Shown piece by piece: positions 26,803 through 39,875 of a DNA stretch of 64,000 nt; position 1 is the first letter of the stretch; every line of letters begins with the position of its first letter. Both the position numbers and the translations under genes were made by a program. The DNA is taken from contig OX597828.1 in the NCBI GenBank assembly GCA_951406725.2, forward strand, positions 41,602,001 to 41,666,000. The letters are read 5' to 3'. This DNA is from Octopus vulgaris. Its lineage: Eukaryota. The notes below the pieces were generated by a model that was not told where the DNA came from, searched no databases, and saw only the letters and a list, made by a program, of their open reading frames with translations.

Positions 26803-26834
<32 letters not shown>

Positions 26835-27029
26835 CGGCGGGCTTCTTTCCTTTTCGGTATACCAAATCCACTCACAAGACTTTGGTCCGCCCGAGGCTAT
26901 AGTAGAAGACACTTGCCCAATGTGCCACGCGGTGAGACTAAACCCGGAACCATGTGGTTGCTAAGTAAGCTACTTACCACACAGCCACCACACGATAGTT
27001 ATTTGAATTTGACGTTAAGTGAGTCTTAA

Positions 27030-27242
27030 TGCAACTGACCGACGAAGCCTACCATAAAGGTTATTCTGGCCGTGACCATCTCGACATTATTCTATATACA
27101 ACAAACTCAGGACTGCGCTATGGTACTTGTCCATTTTTTTGTTTTCTGAAAAAGGTTATAAAAAAGGTAGGGTGTATTTTGAGAGAGATTTGGCTGCTAT
27201 TTCTACCAGATTGAGTGACTACATAGAGGCCCCTTCGTTCAT
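27030..27242. repeat. Unclassified interspersed repeat fragment
   Basis: GTAGGGTGTATTTTGAGAGAGATTTGGCTGCTATTTC resembles the reverse complement of 18318-18350. Confidence 0.4.
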
Positions 27243-27469
27243 TTGTATTGTATATCTGTAGCGGGTGCGTTTGTTTATGCTTACGTATTCCCAGCTTTGC
27301 ATTCCAGGTGTGTGTATATGGATGTGTATAATAGATTTGTATATGTGCATATATGTGGATGGTACATATGGTTTGGTATGCGTATGTATATATACATATA
27401 TATACGTACATGTCTCTCTCCCTCTGTCTATCTCTGTCTGTCCATCTATGTATTTGTCTATTCATCCAT

Positions 27470-27478
27470 CCATCCATG

Positions 27479-27536
<58 letters not shown>

Positions 27537-27586
27537 GATCGATCGAACTAACTATCTATCTATCTGCCTGCCTGTCTGTCTGTCTA

Positions 27587-27634
<48 letters not shown>

Positions 27635-27745
27635 CCTGTCTGTCTATCTGTCTGTCTATCTATCTGATTGTCTGTCTACCTACCTGTCTATCTAGCTATC
27701 TAACTTTCTATCTATCTGTCTGTCTGCCTGTCTGTCTGTCTATTC

Positions 27746-27776
<31 letters not shown>

Positions 27777-27892
27777 AACCTTTCTATCTATCCTCCTATC
27801 AACCTACCTACCTACATATCCATCCATGTATCTATCTATCAATCTATCTATCTACCTATCTACCTACCTACCTGCCTACCTACCTACCTATA

Positions 27893-27957
<65 letters not shown>

Positions 27958-28444
27958 GTTTCTCTCTCTGTATGTCTGTCCGTCTGTCTATGTATGTATG
28001 TAAGTATGTATGTATCTATATTTATATATATTTCCATTACTAAATCTATCTATATTATTATGTGTGTGTGTGTGTGTCTATATATATGTGTATATATGTG
28101 TATATATATGTGTGTGTGCGTATATATGTATATATGTATATATATATATATATCTATATATATGTATTCATCCATTACTAAATATGAATTTATATGCATA
28201 TATAGTTGTGTATGTGCGTATATATACTCACTTGTTTGCATATGAGTGTACATATGCACTCTCAGGCTGTATGTTTGCTTATTTGTCAATGTGTAGATGT
28301 TTTCATATGCGCATACACGTGTATGAATACTTGCGTACATATATGAATGTATCTATGTGTGTATATATATATGTATGTATGTATGTGTGTGTATTCCAAC
28401 ACTTGTATTTTTTATTTTTAATTTTTTTTAATTTTAAGAGTATG

Positions 28445-28476
<32 letters not shown>

Positions 28477-28691
28477 TGTATGTATGTATGTATGTATGTA
28501 TGTATGTATGTTTGTGGAGAGTGGGATGCGCAGTATGTATGTAATGTGTGAATTTATAATGCGCATGTGTATGGCGGTATGTATGTCTTGTGAATCTCCG
28601 TGCCCCAGGGTGACTCTTGTAAACACACCATTTAAATTACACTTGAGTTAAATTTCAATTAAGAAACGACGAAAGTTCATTAAAACAAAAC

Positions 28692-28722
<31 letters not shown>

Positions 28723-29209
28723 AAATATAAGAAGAGTAGCAAGGACAAAACAATAACAACAACAACAACATTAACTAATGGTAGGCGCTAAAACAGTTAC
28801 CACCACCACCACGACCATCATTATCATCATCATCATCATCATCATCTTCATCATCGTCATCACCATTATCATCATCACCACCAGCATCACCAACACCACC
28901 ACCACAACCACCACCACCACCACCACCACCACCACCACCACCACCACCACTACTACCACCACCATCATCATCATCATCATCATCATCACGTCCACGACCA
29001 CCACCTCCACGGTGATGACGGCCACAACGACTACCACCATCATCACGACCACCGCCACCACCACATTACCATCATTATCATGCACAATTCTTATCATCAC
29101 CACCACCACCACCATTACTTATCTTTTTAATCATCATCATCATCACCACCATCATCATCGTCATCATTATCATCATCATCATCATCATCATCATCATAAT
29201 CGTCATCAC

Positions 29210-29244
<35 letters not shown>

Positions 29245-29270
29245 CCATCATAATCATCACCATCATCATC

Positions 29271-29319
<49 letters not shown>

Positions 29320-29602
29320 CCACCATCATCGCCATCGCCATCGTCATCGTCAGTCGAAGATGTGAAAACACAGAGTTTAGAAGACAATCGCAATGAGAGG
29401 AGAGAGAAGAACAACGATGACGACGACGACGACGACGACTGCGTCAGCAAAGAAAATGTCGTTGAAATTAAAGTTTCTTTATGGAAAATCATGTCAACAA
29501 TGTTATTGGTTGGTCTCGGGTCATCGAACTTACACACACACGCATATATATGTACATATGTATGCGTATGTATGTACATGTATGTATATATGCACATGCA
29601 TG

Positions 29603-29640
<38 letters not shown>

Positions 29641-29641
29641 C

Positions 29642-29702
<61 letters not shown>

Positions 29703-29710
29703 TATATACA

Positions 29711-29780
<70 letters not shown>

Positions 29781-29999
29781 TATATTGTCATTATGTTTAT
29801 ATCTTATATATACATATATATATATATAAATATATATATATACATGCAAATATAGGTATGCATATGTATTATATGTATTATATATATACATATATATATA
29901 TATGTATTATATATGGTATGCATATGTATTATACACACACATATACAAGCAAACATATATTTGCACGTATGTATGTAAATATATGTAAGTATGAATGTA

Positions 30000-30035
<36 letters not shown>

Positions 30036-30250
30036 TGTATGTAGGCATACATATATATCTATGTATTTATGTATATATCAATCCATTTATTTGCCTATAT
30101 ATCTGTGTATTTATAGATATAATATATATATATATATATATATACATACATAAATTATATATATATATATATATATATGTATTTATGTGCATATCAATCC
30201 ATTTATGTATGTATGTATGTATGTATGTATTTATGTATCTATATGTACAT

Positions 30251-30293
<43 letters not shown>

Positions 30294-30300
30294 AATATAT
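27470..30300. repeat. Compound microsatellites (TATC/TGTC/TACC)n, (CAC/CAT)n, (TA)/(CATA)n
   Basis: Direct observation. Confidence 0.92.
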
Positions 30301-30556
30301 GCATATATGTTCATGTCTCTATATATAAATATGCGTGTTTCTGTGCGTGCGCTTGTGTATATAATTATATCAAATACTTGTGTCTTCTAACATTTGCTAA
30401 AATATATCAATTGCACACATACACTGATATGTGTGTGTGTGTGTGTTTTATACAAATGTATATGAGTCTTTATATGTATTTATGGCCAAACATACAACAC
30501 ATACATTCCTACGCACATACATACATACACACAGACACACACACACATATATATAT

Positions 30557-30758
30557 AACCTCGTGTGTACCGTTGCCGATTTTTTTCCTCTGTCTTCCCT
30601 TCTCTAGATCTTTCCTTCTCCTATGTTTCCGACGAAGAGCTCCGCTCGAAACGTTAAACCCTCCTTCTTTCCTTCTTTCTTGAGCGTCCAATAATACTAC
30701 ATTTGTTCCACGTCCTCGCGATGTTGTGTTTTTTTGTGTTTTCTTGTTTGGATTAACT
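30557..30758 (+). mobile_element. Solo PLE pseudo-LTR fragment with a mutated hammerhead (30625-30659, core CCGACGA)
   Basis: Homologous to 36286-36489; flanked by (TA)n. Confidence 0.78.
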
Positions 30759-30772
30759 ATATATATATATAC

Positions 30773-30922
<150 letters not shown>

Positions 30923-31639
30923 GCAAAATATATTACCAACAGAAAGTAACTATTAATTATTCAGATATAATTAAGTTTTTCATTTAAATGAAAAGATATA
31001 TCTATCTTCGTTCAGTCTGGTGTGTCACTACTTTCGCGCACGCGCACACGTACACACACAAACATACACACACACATACACACACAAACACACACATCCA
31101 AACATGAGCACAGGAAGACATACACACACAAGCATACACAAACGAACACACATAAACCACACACACACACACAAATATACACACGCATACACGCACACAA
31201 ACACACGCATACACGCACACAAACACACGCATCTAAACGCGCGCACACACACACACATAGAAATACTCATACAAACACACGCAAACGCACACACTTAAAA
31301 AAAACTCTCACACACACACACTCACATATGCACACACACACAGATGCGCACACACACGCAAACAAAGACAAACGCACACACATAAGACACACGCACTCAC
31401 ACATACACACACACAAACATACACACGGATACACATACACTCTCTCTTCCCCCCTCTCTCTCTCTCTCCCGTACGCGTGTTCATAAGTATGTATGAATGT
31501 ATTAAGATACACGCACACACACACACGCAGAGACACACACGCACACATACAGTGTTAGTGTCATGATATACACATGTATACATACAAACACATATGTATA
31601 TCATATTCTCATTGATACACACACACACCAACACATAGA

Positions 31640-31780
31640 TAAGCGCCAGCGTCGTTGTGTGATGAAGAAGCTTACTTCCCAACCATCTGGTTGTAGGTAC
31701 AGTCCCACTGCGTGGCATCTTGGGCCGACCAATACCTTGTGAGTGGATCTGGTGGAGGGAAATTGAAAGAAGCTCGTCGT
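31640..31780 (+). mobile_element. SINE family A, diverged 5' half
   Basis: Head similarity with an internal deletion. Confidence 0.75.
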
Positions 31781-31816
31781 ATGTGTATATATATATATAT
31801 TGTTAATATTAATGAA

Positions 31817-31891
<75 letters not shown>

Positions 31892-31907
31892 GTTATTATT
31901 ATTATTT

Positions 31908-32279
31908 TCCTCTGGTCGAGTAACCCACCCCACTCAAAAGGTCCCTGAATGAGGATTGTTTAAAGATGTTGAACGAAGCACCCATGTTTCAGGGGATGAA
32001 TTATTCAAACGCCAAAGAATCCCTCTCAACACATGGCTATGATGCTCCCCTCCCACTACTTCTGCTCATGATCAGAGATGCACATATCGCCAGCCACTAA
32101 GGGACGTGCTCAACTGGTTAAGGTCAAACAACTGACAAGCAAATCTGTGGTATTGAGCAGAGTATTTGCTGTAGCCCATCTTTTATACCAAGACGAAACA
32201 ATGTACATGATAACACTTCCAATCAGTTAAGATCAGAATCCACGACAACCACTGCCTGGTACTGCATCAGGGCATTTAC

Positions 32280-32280
<1 letters not shown>
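31908..32280 (+). mobile_element. Unclassified retroposon-like segment between two (TTA)n tracts
   Basis: ~370 bp of complex sequence ending ...GCATCAGGGCATTTA(TTA)n; no second copy in the window. Confidence 0.4.
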
Positions 32281-32339
<59 letters not shown>

Positions 32340-32360
32340 TAACCACATATACCTAATGCA

Positions 32361-32732
32361 TATTCTTTGTGCATTTTCCGGTGGCTGCAACAGCGTGGTG
32401 GTGTAAATACTCCCTGAAAGCGCTGGGTGTAAAACACCTCAAAGTCATGGACAGGCGAGATAACTCACTCTCAATCCCATTTGGGAGTGACGGACACCGA
32501 ATGTTTCGCCATTTTGGGGGCTTGCCAGCATCACGCACCCGCCAGCGTTGAAGATAAGTCACGTAACCAGTCCACGACTTATACGCTTATGACTTGTGTA
32601 CCCGGAAATTGCATACCTAAGTGAATATTTACATATGAAATAAAAGCAGGTCTAATATTATAAATATTATTAACTACATATCCACCATTTTCCGCCACAC
32701 TATTACAGCCACCTGAAAACAAACAAAGCATA
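32361..32732. mobile_element. Element with ~41-bp diverged terminal inverted repeats and a decayed hammerhead (32487-32534, minus)
   Basis: TTTTCCGGTGGCTGCAACAGCGTGGTGG versus CCGCCACACTATTACAGCCACCTGAAAA; GUGAUG-CUGGCAA-GCC..GGC-GAAA-CA(UUCGG)UG-UC-CGUCAC. Confidence 0.65.
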
Positions 32733-32754
32733 GACATTAAAGATATATACATAA

Positions 32755-32848
<94 letters not shown>

Positions 32849-32916
32849 CGCCTATTAATAATAATACTGTAATTGTTCCCTTGTTGTTGTTTTTTTGTTT
32901 CCCGTTTGGATTAAAA

Positions 32917-33007
<91 letters not shown>

Positions 33008-33050
33008 CACAGTCAAATGACTGAAACAAGTAAAAGAGTATGTGTGTGTG

Positions 33051-33424
33051 TGGAGGCGCAATGGCCCAGTGGTTAGAGCAGCGGACTCGCGGTCGTGGGA
33101 TGGCGGTTTCGATTCCAAGACTGGGCGTTGTGAGTGTTTATTGAGCAAAAACACCTAAAGCTCCACGTGGTCGTGGAAGCGAACCCTGTTGTACATTTCC
33201 TCCACAACTTTCACTCACTCTTTCTTCCTGTTTCTGTTGTACCTGTATTTCAAAGGGCCAGCCTTGTCACACTGCTGTGTCACGCTGAATCTCCCCCCGA
33301 GAACCACATTAAGGGTACACGTGTCTGCGGGGTGCTCAGCCACTTGCACGTTAATTTCACGAGCAGGCTGTTCTGTTGATCGGATCAACTGGAACGCTCG
33401 TTGTCGTAATCGATAGAGGGCCAT
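33051..33424 (+). mobile_element. SINE family C, full length
   Basis: GGAGGCGCAATGGCCCAGTGGTTAGAGC (A box) ... GGTTTCGATTCC (B box); matches 60652-61034. Confidence 0.92.
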
Positions 33425-33564
33425 TATATATATATGTGTGTGTGTGTGCGTGTGTGTATGTGTGTGTGTGTGTGTATAATAGTTATATTTTGAGGCATTG
33501 TTTCGTATTTAGTGCTCTGATGCTTAATCTATAATTCTTGCATCGATATCCTTCATCTTTCATC

Positions 33565-34577
33565 ATTTACTAGTTTTAGTTATTGAACAGCAGTCACGTT
33601 GGGACACCGTCTTGATCTCAGTTCTCTTTTTTTTTTCCTCTATAAACCTGGTACCTATTCTATCAGTTTCGTTTACCCAGCCGCTAGGTTACGGGAACGT
33701 AAACAAACCAACACCAGGTGTCAAGTGGTAGTGGTGGACTGACACAGAGACACACACATACATATTTATTTCTCTCTTTTTATTTACTGCCGACAAGGTG
33801 CTGCGCTTGCGTAGTAAATTTTAAAAAATTAGAATGTATAAGCTCGGGGCATATACTGGATTGCCTCGTGTATATATGTTTAATCTAAGGTGAACCTGCT
33901 GAAGAACACTTCACCTAGCAAAGTATTTTATTTGCTTAAAAAAGTCAGAAATCATGGTCCAGGATTTAGATGGTAAATGTTTTTATTTTTCATTCTCTTC
34001 GCGGTTTTATCCCTAATAGTGGTTTCGAATTTAACTGTTCTGTCTAGCGTGCAAGGAGTCCTATGATGGATGCTTCTTATGTGTTTAAATGTACACTGTA
34101 TTTATATTTATTTCTCTCTTTATATATATGCATGTGTGTGGTGTGTGCGGGGTGTGTGCGTGTGTATGTGTGTGTGTATGTGTATGTGTGTATTTCTGTG
34201 TAGGTGTATATGTGTGTATGGGTACGACAGCGTCTTTCAGTTTCCATCTATCACAATACTTTGGTCAGCCCGGGGCTACAGTAGAAGTTACTTGCTCAAG
34301 ATGAGGCGCAGTGGTACGTGGTTAGAAATTCCTCGTCAAAATAAAAAAGAAACACATTTACCGAACAAAGGAGTATGACACTAATGGTGTCACATTTTGG
34401 CACAAGGCCAGCAATTTCCGTGCAGCGGGTGAATCGATCATAGGCGCAGAAGTGGATGTGTGGTATGAGGCTTCCTACCCAACCACATAGTTCCAGGTTC
34501 AGTCCCACTGCGTGGCACCTTGGGCAAGTGTCTTCTACTTTAGCCCCGGGCCGACCAAAACCTTGTGAGTGGATTTG
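33565..34577. mobile_element. Cluster of diverged SINE A pieces (33565-33755 minus, 34223-34322 minus, 34441-34577 plus) and a short SINE B tail (minus, ~34395-34440)
   Basis: Similarity to the family A and B copies. Confidence 0.7.
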
Positions 34578-34835
34578 AGAGAGAGAGAGAAAAAAGAAAG
34601 AAAAAGAAAGAGAGGAAGGGAGACAGCTATATGACGATTGTTGGGTAGGATATTGGATAGAAGCTCGATGGCTTTGTTTAACTATTAAATAAACACAGTA
34701 GTTTTAGAGCCATTTGGCGTCTTCTTCTCGCAAGTGGCATTACGCAGTAGTTGCTCATATGATAATTTTATTATTATATTTATATAATTAAACACTTTGT
34801 ATTAATTTTAACTAAATTGGTTATTTACAGACACA

Positions 34836-34894
<59 letters not shown>

Positions 34895-35108
34895 GTATAT
34901 ATATATCCGAAATGGAAACGAGTAATAATGCTCCCTAGTGGTTCGCTTGAAAAAATGTGGAAATATCTTCGGCATAAAAACATTGGTTGTCTTCTTAACC
35001 CACAAATAACGAACATTCCCTAATCCAGGGTTGAGCACTTATTCTCACACTTCGATGGTAGCGTACACTCAAGCACCACCCCCACACACGCACACACAGA
35101 CACACACA

Positions 35109-35150
<42 letters not shown>

Positions 35151-35584
35151 TGTATTCGAAGTAAGTTTATCTTCACCTGTTTGATACGACTCTCTATACT
35201 GTTTACTTCCTCCATCCTTCTCTAATTCCCTTTTTTCCACCTCTCTCCGTCACTGCTTTCTATCTATCTGTCTCTCCCCTCTGTCTCTTTTTCTCTCTCT
35301 CACTCTCGTTGCTTACACGAGACCATCGTCCGTCTTTCTTTTCCCGCACGAACGTTCAAAAGAGCCGACTTTTTTTTCCTCTTCTATATTTTCTCTTTTC
35401 AAAAGCTATTTCACACAGCGTTCACTATTTCCCTCTCGTTCTGCTCTAACAACCCTCCATATTTGTTTCCGTTCGGTGTCTTTGTATGTCTCCACTGTCA
35501 TGTTTCTGTTCCCAACTTTGACCCTCCATGAATCATAAATTTTATTTTAGAATTTATGGGAGCAACTGACTTCTAAGTCTCATA

Positions 35585-36201
35585 TTGTCGTTGAATGCTC
35601 GAAATGAAGAGTAGATAGACAGCCGACAACTGACGACGGGTCTTTTTACTATGTTTACTTGTCCTTTTCTCCATTTTTCTCGTTTATGTATTTAACCCGT
35701 TTATTTACGTATTTCATGTTGGTGATGTCCTGTACCCATATATGCATGTGTATGTATGTATATATATATATATATATGTAAAACTCACTTGGAAGAGGAT
35801 GCGTGGCGTTCAATCATATAATGACATAAATAATATATATATATATGGTCATATATACATACGTATATGTACATACTTACATATATACGTATATATATAT
35901 GCATATGTGGTCACAGGACGTCATGAAACGTGTACAACAAAAAATACGAAGTACGAGTACACGGAATATTAACATCCTCTTCCAAGTGAGTTTTACATAT
36001 ATATATATATATATATACATACATACACATGCATATATGGGTACAGGACATCACCAACATGAAATACGTAAATAAACGGGTTAAATACATAAACGAGAAA
36101 AATGGAGAAAAGGACAAGTAAACATAGTAAAAAGACACAAACGGAAAACAAGACAAACAACATAAAGAACTACCCTTCATCAGTTGTTGGCTGTTTTTCT
36201 A

Positions 36202-36206
<5 letters not shown>
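35585..36206. mobile_element. PLE-type fold-back structure (arms 35640-35801 and 35973-36136)
   Basis: Near-perfect ~162-bp inverted arms; the related sequence ACAGCCGACAACT(G/A)A(T/C)GA...GTTGGTGATGTCC also occurs at 12200-12332. Confidence 0.75.
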
Positions 36207-36285
<79 letters not shown>

Positions 36286-36286
<1 letters not shown>

Positions 36287-36489
36287 CCACGTGTGTACCG
36301 TTGGCGATTTTTTTCCTCCGTCTTCCCTTCTTTGGATCTTTCCTTTTCCTATGTTTCTGACGAAGAGCTCCGCTCGAAACGTTAAACCCTCCTTCTTTCC
36401 TTCCTTTCTCAGCGTCCAATAATTCTATATCTGTTCCACGTCCTCGCGTTGTTGTGTTTTCTCTTTGTGTTTTCATGTTTGGATTAACT
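36286..36489 (+). mobile_element. Solo PLE pseudo-LTR fragment
   Basis: Homologous to 30557-30758. Confidence 0.8.
36353..36387 (+). ncRNA. Minimal (dimer-type) hammerhead motif, intact core
   Basis: GUUU-CUGACGA-A-GAGC(UCC)GCUC-GAAAC-GUU-AAAC; loopless palindromic stem III ACGU. Confidence 0.75.
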
Positions 36490-36493
36490 TTAA

Positions 36494-36531
36494 CTGTCTG
36501 ATGAACGGCAACGAGAAACTCAGAGTAACGG
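36494..36531 (+). ncRNA. Type I hammerhead motif of a second family
   Basis: CUGU-CUGAUGA-A-CG(GCAA)CG-A-GAAA-CUC(A)GAG-UA-ACGG. Confidence 0.65.
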
Positions 36532-36563
36532 ATTTTGTTGAATTTTCTGGTGCTTTAAATAAA

Positions 36564-36637
<74 letters not shown>

Positions 36638-36752
36638 CTGTTTGTGTATAAATATATACACGCACATACACATATATACATCCACCCTAACCATCACTCA
36701 CACTCAAACATTTGCATGTATATGTATGTATGTATTGTGTGTGTATACATAC

Positions 36753-36858
<106 letters not shown>

Positions 36859-36940
36859 GCGTATATAAACAAATGCACACACACACACAAGTAGAGAAAT
36901 GGAGAGAGGCAGACAGTGACAAAGAGAGAGTCAGACAGAG

Positions 36941-36988
<48 letters not shown>

Positions 36989-37209
36989 GGATAAAATATA
37001 TTGTAATTTGACTGTTACTAGAATTTCTATTAAGAGTGAGGTCATCACATCACAATAGCAGCAGCTGTTCACGATAAAGAGGAGACGGAGGTGATGTACT
37101 GTATATATATATATGTATGTACGTTGTATATTGCAAAGTCTCCTACAAGTCTACACTCTTGACTAACTTGCTCAAGGCTACACTGTTGTGCACGCACAAA
37201 TACACACAG

Positions 37210-37240
<31 letters not shown>

Positions 37241-37572
37241 TGAACACCCAAATAGGATGAAACCCATTATCGTTAGAAACCCTTTATAATCGTATTTTTC
37301 CTATTTTTCTCTTACTGAAACTTTCTCTTTTGTTGAGAAAATATATACAGAGCTATGCTTTTAAATGCGCTCAAACACATATACATATACACACACACAC
37401 ACACACACACACGCACATAAACAAACACACACACACAAATACACAAACACACACATATCGGCGACTTGGAGCGTTGATGTAGGACGAAACACAAACAGAA
37501 AAAGTAGCGCTATATCGATATAATATATATATATATATATATAGTACATATATAGTATATATAGTATATATA

Positions 37573-37622
<50 letters not shown>

Positions 37623-37661
37623 GTATATATATATATTTATATATAGTATATATATATAGTA

Positions 37662-37710
<49 letters not shown>

Positions 37711-37984
37711 GTTATATATATGTATATATATGTATATATATGTATATATATGTATATTTATTTCCTTATCTATTTATATATTGATTTACATATACACACA
37801 CACGTACACCCACCCACACGCACATACACGTACACACACACACACACACACACATACACACACACATACACATACACACAGACACACACACACAAACGCA
37901 CACACATATATATATGTATATGAATATGGGTTTGGTGTTGGAAACAGGAGAAATAGAATTAAAAACGTGAGTATATCTTTTTAT

Positions 37985-38394
37985 CATTTACTTGTTTTAG
38001 TCTTTCGACAGCGCCCATGCTGGAGCAACCGTGTTGAAGAATTAGTGCTTGGTTCCTTCTTCAGTCTGGTTGTCTGGTAGTCTGGTATCGGACGCTTCTG
38101 ACGAGCCGTTCAGTTACAGAAACGCAGACACGCCAACACCGGTGGGGGACAAACACAAAGACGCACACAGACACACACGTGCGCGCACATACACGCACAC
38201 ATGCACATACATACGCACGCACTCACATATACGGGGTTGGGGCTACTTTCACTTTCCGTCTACCATACCCACTCACTAGGTTTTGGTCAGCCCGAGGCTA
38301 AAGAAGACACTTGCCTAAAGTGCCACGCGGTGAGACTGAACCCGAACCATACGGTCGTGGAGCAAGATTTTTACCATACAGTGATGCCTGCGCC
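37985..38394 (-). mobile_element. SINE family A, old diverged copy
   Basis: Collinear weak similarity to the family A tail, microsatellite and head. Confidence 0.75.
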
Positions 38395-38469
38395 CCTTCC
38401 ACACATCATTACTTTCTTAATATTTATCAGAAAAGATAGAGTGATTCAAGGGTCTAGAGGTTCATACGT

Positions 38470-39040
38470 TTGCACATATATACATGCATGCATACACACA
38501 TGCATACATGCATACATGCATACATACATACATGCATATATACATACATATATACATACATACTTACATGCATACATGCATACATGCATATACACACATA
38601 CATACATGCATGCATACATACATACACACATGCATACATATATATATACACACAGCATACATACATACATATTTACATACATACATGCATACATACATAC
38701 ATACATACATACATACATACATACATACATACATACATACATACATACATACATACATACACATACACACATAAATACATACATACATACATACATACAT
38801 ACATACACACATGCATACATACATACATACATACATACATGCATACATACATAAATACATACATACATACATACATACATACATACATACATACATACAT
38901 ACATACATACATACATAAATACATACATACATACATACATACATACATGCATACATACATACATACATACATACATACATACTTGCATACGTACATGCAT
39001 ACATGCATACATGCATACATACATACATGCATACACACAA
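38470..39040. repeat. (CATA/CATG)n microsatellite
   Basis: Direct observation. Confidence 0.95.
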
Positions 39041-39203
39041 ACAACAATACCCTGTTTTTGATGTCGTAATTCCAATGAAGGAGCCTTGAATCTAGGTAAG
39101 AAACCGACTCTTTCCTTATTGGCAAGAAATATTGAAATAAAACTGAACCACGAATTGAATTTTTTCATCCTGACTCTCCAAGGTGTATTTCAAAACATGT
39201 GTC

Positions 39204-39875
39204 GAAGAGTCAATTTATGTAGTAGAAGAGTCAATTTATGTAGTAGAAGAGTCGATTTATGTAGTAGAAGAGTCAACTTATGTAGTAGAAGAGTCAACTT
39301 ATGTAGTAGAAGAGTCAACTTATGTAGTAGAAGAGTCAACTTATGTAGTAGAAGAGTCAACTTATGTAGTAGAAGAGTCAACTTATGTAGTAGAAGAGTC
39401 AATTTATGTAGTAGAAGAGTCAATTTATGTAGTAGAAGAGTCAACTTATGTAGTAGAAGAGTCAACTTATGTAGTAGAAGAGTCAATTTATGTAGTAGAA
39501 GAGTCAACTTATGTAGTAGAAGAGTCAACTTATGTAGTAGAAGAGTCAACTTATGTAGTAGAAGAGTCAATTTATGTAGTAGAAGAGTCAATTTATGTAG
39601 TAGAAGAGTCAACTTATGTAGTAGAAGAGTCAATTTATGTAGTAGAAGAGTCAACTTATGTAGTAGAAGAGTCAATTTATGTAGTAGAAGAGTCAATTTA
39701 TGTAGTAGAAGAGTCAACTTAAGTAGTAGATGAGTCAATTTATGTAGTAGAAGAGTCAACTTATGTAGTAGAAGAGTCAATTTATGTAGTAGAAGAGTCA
39801 ACTTATGTAGTAGAAGAGTCAACTTATGTAGTAGAAGAGTCAACTTATGTAGTAGAAGAGTCAATCTATGTAGTA
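39204..39875 (+). repeat. 21-bp minisatellite, 32 copies (GAAGAGTCAAYTTATGTAGTA)
   Basis: 672 bp = 32 x 21; almost all variation is one C/T position. Confidence 0.97.

Larger units (their letters stand above)
25908..26803 (-). mobile_element. ORF-less hammerhead-bearing element (PLE pseudo-LTR or retrozyme-like): partial tandem plus inverted copy
   Basis: Direct repeats 25908-26093 and 26389-26575 (period ~481 bp); 26583-26803 is an inverted copy of 26004-26227. Confidence 0.8.
25594..26987 (-). mobile_element. SINE family A split at its microsatellite (3' half 25594-25800, 5' half 26833-26987)
   Basis: Both halves are collinear and in the same orientation, flanking a 0.9-kb insert. Confidence 0.85.

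Noticed and set aside
33051-33125. tRNA genes at SINE heads (also 3323, 57613, 60066, 60652)
   Set aside because: A and B boxes are present, but they continue into shared SINE bodies with TSDs and have no proper acceptor stem or terminator.
39068-39115. CCAATGAAGGAGCCT...AGGTAAGAAACCG as a hammerhead
   Set aside because: The core and stems deviate too much to support the call.
39086-39864. 7-aa repeat proteins (CSRRVNL, VVEESTY, LTLLLHK), or a CRISPR-like array
   Set aside because: The frames are open only because the 21-bp unit lacks stops; there are no unique spacers, no cas genes, and the context is eukaryotic.
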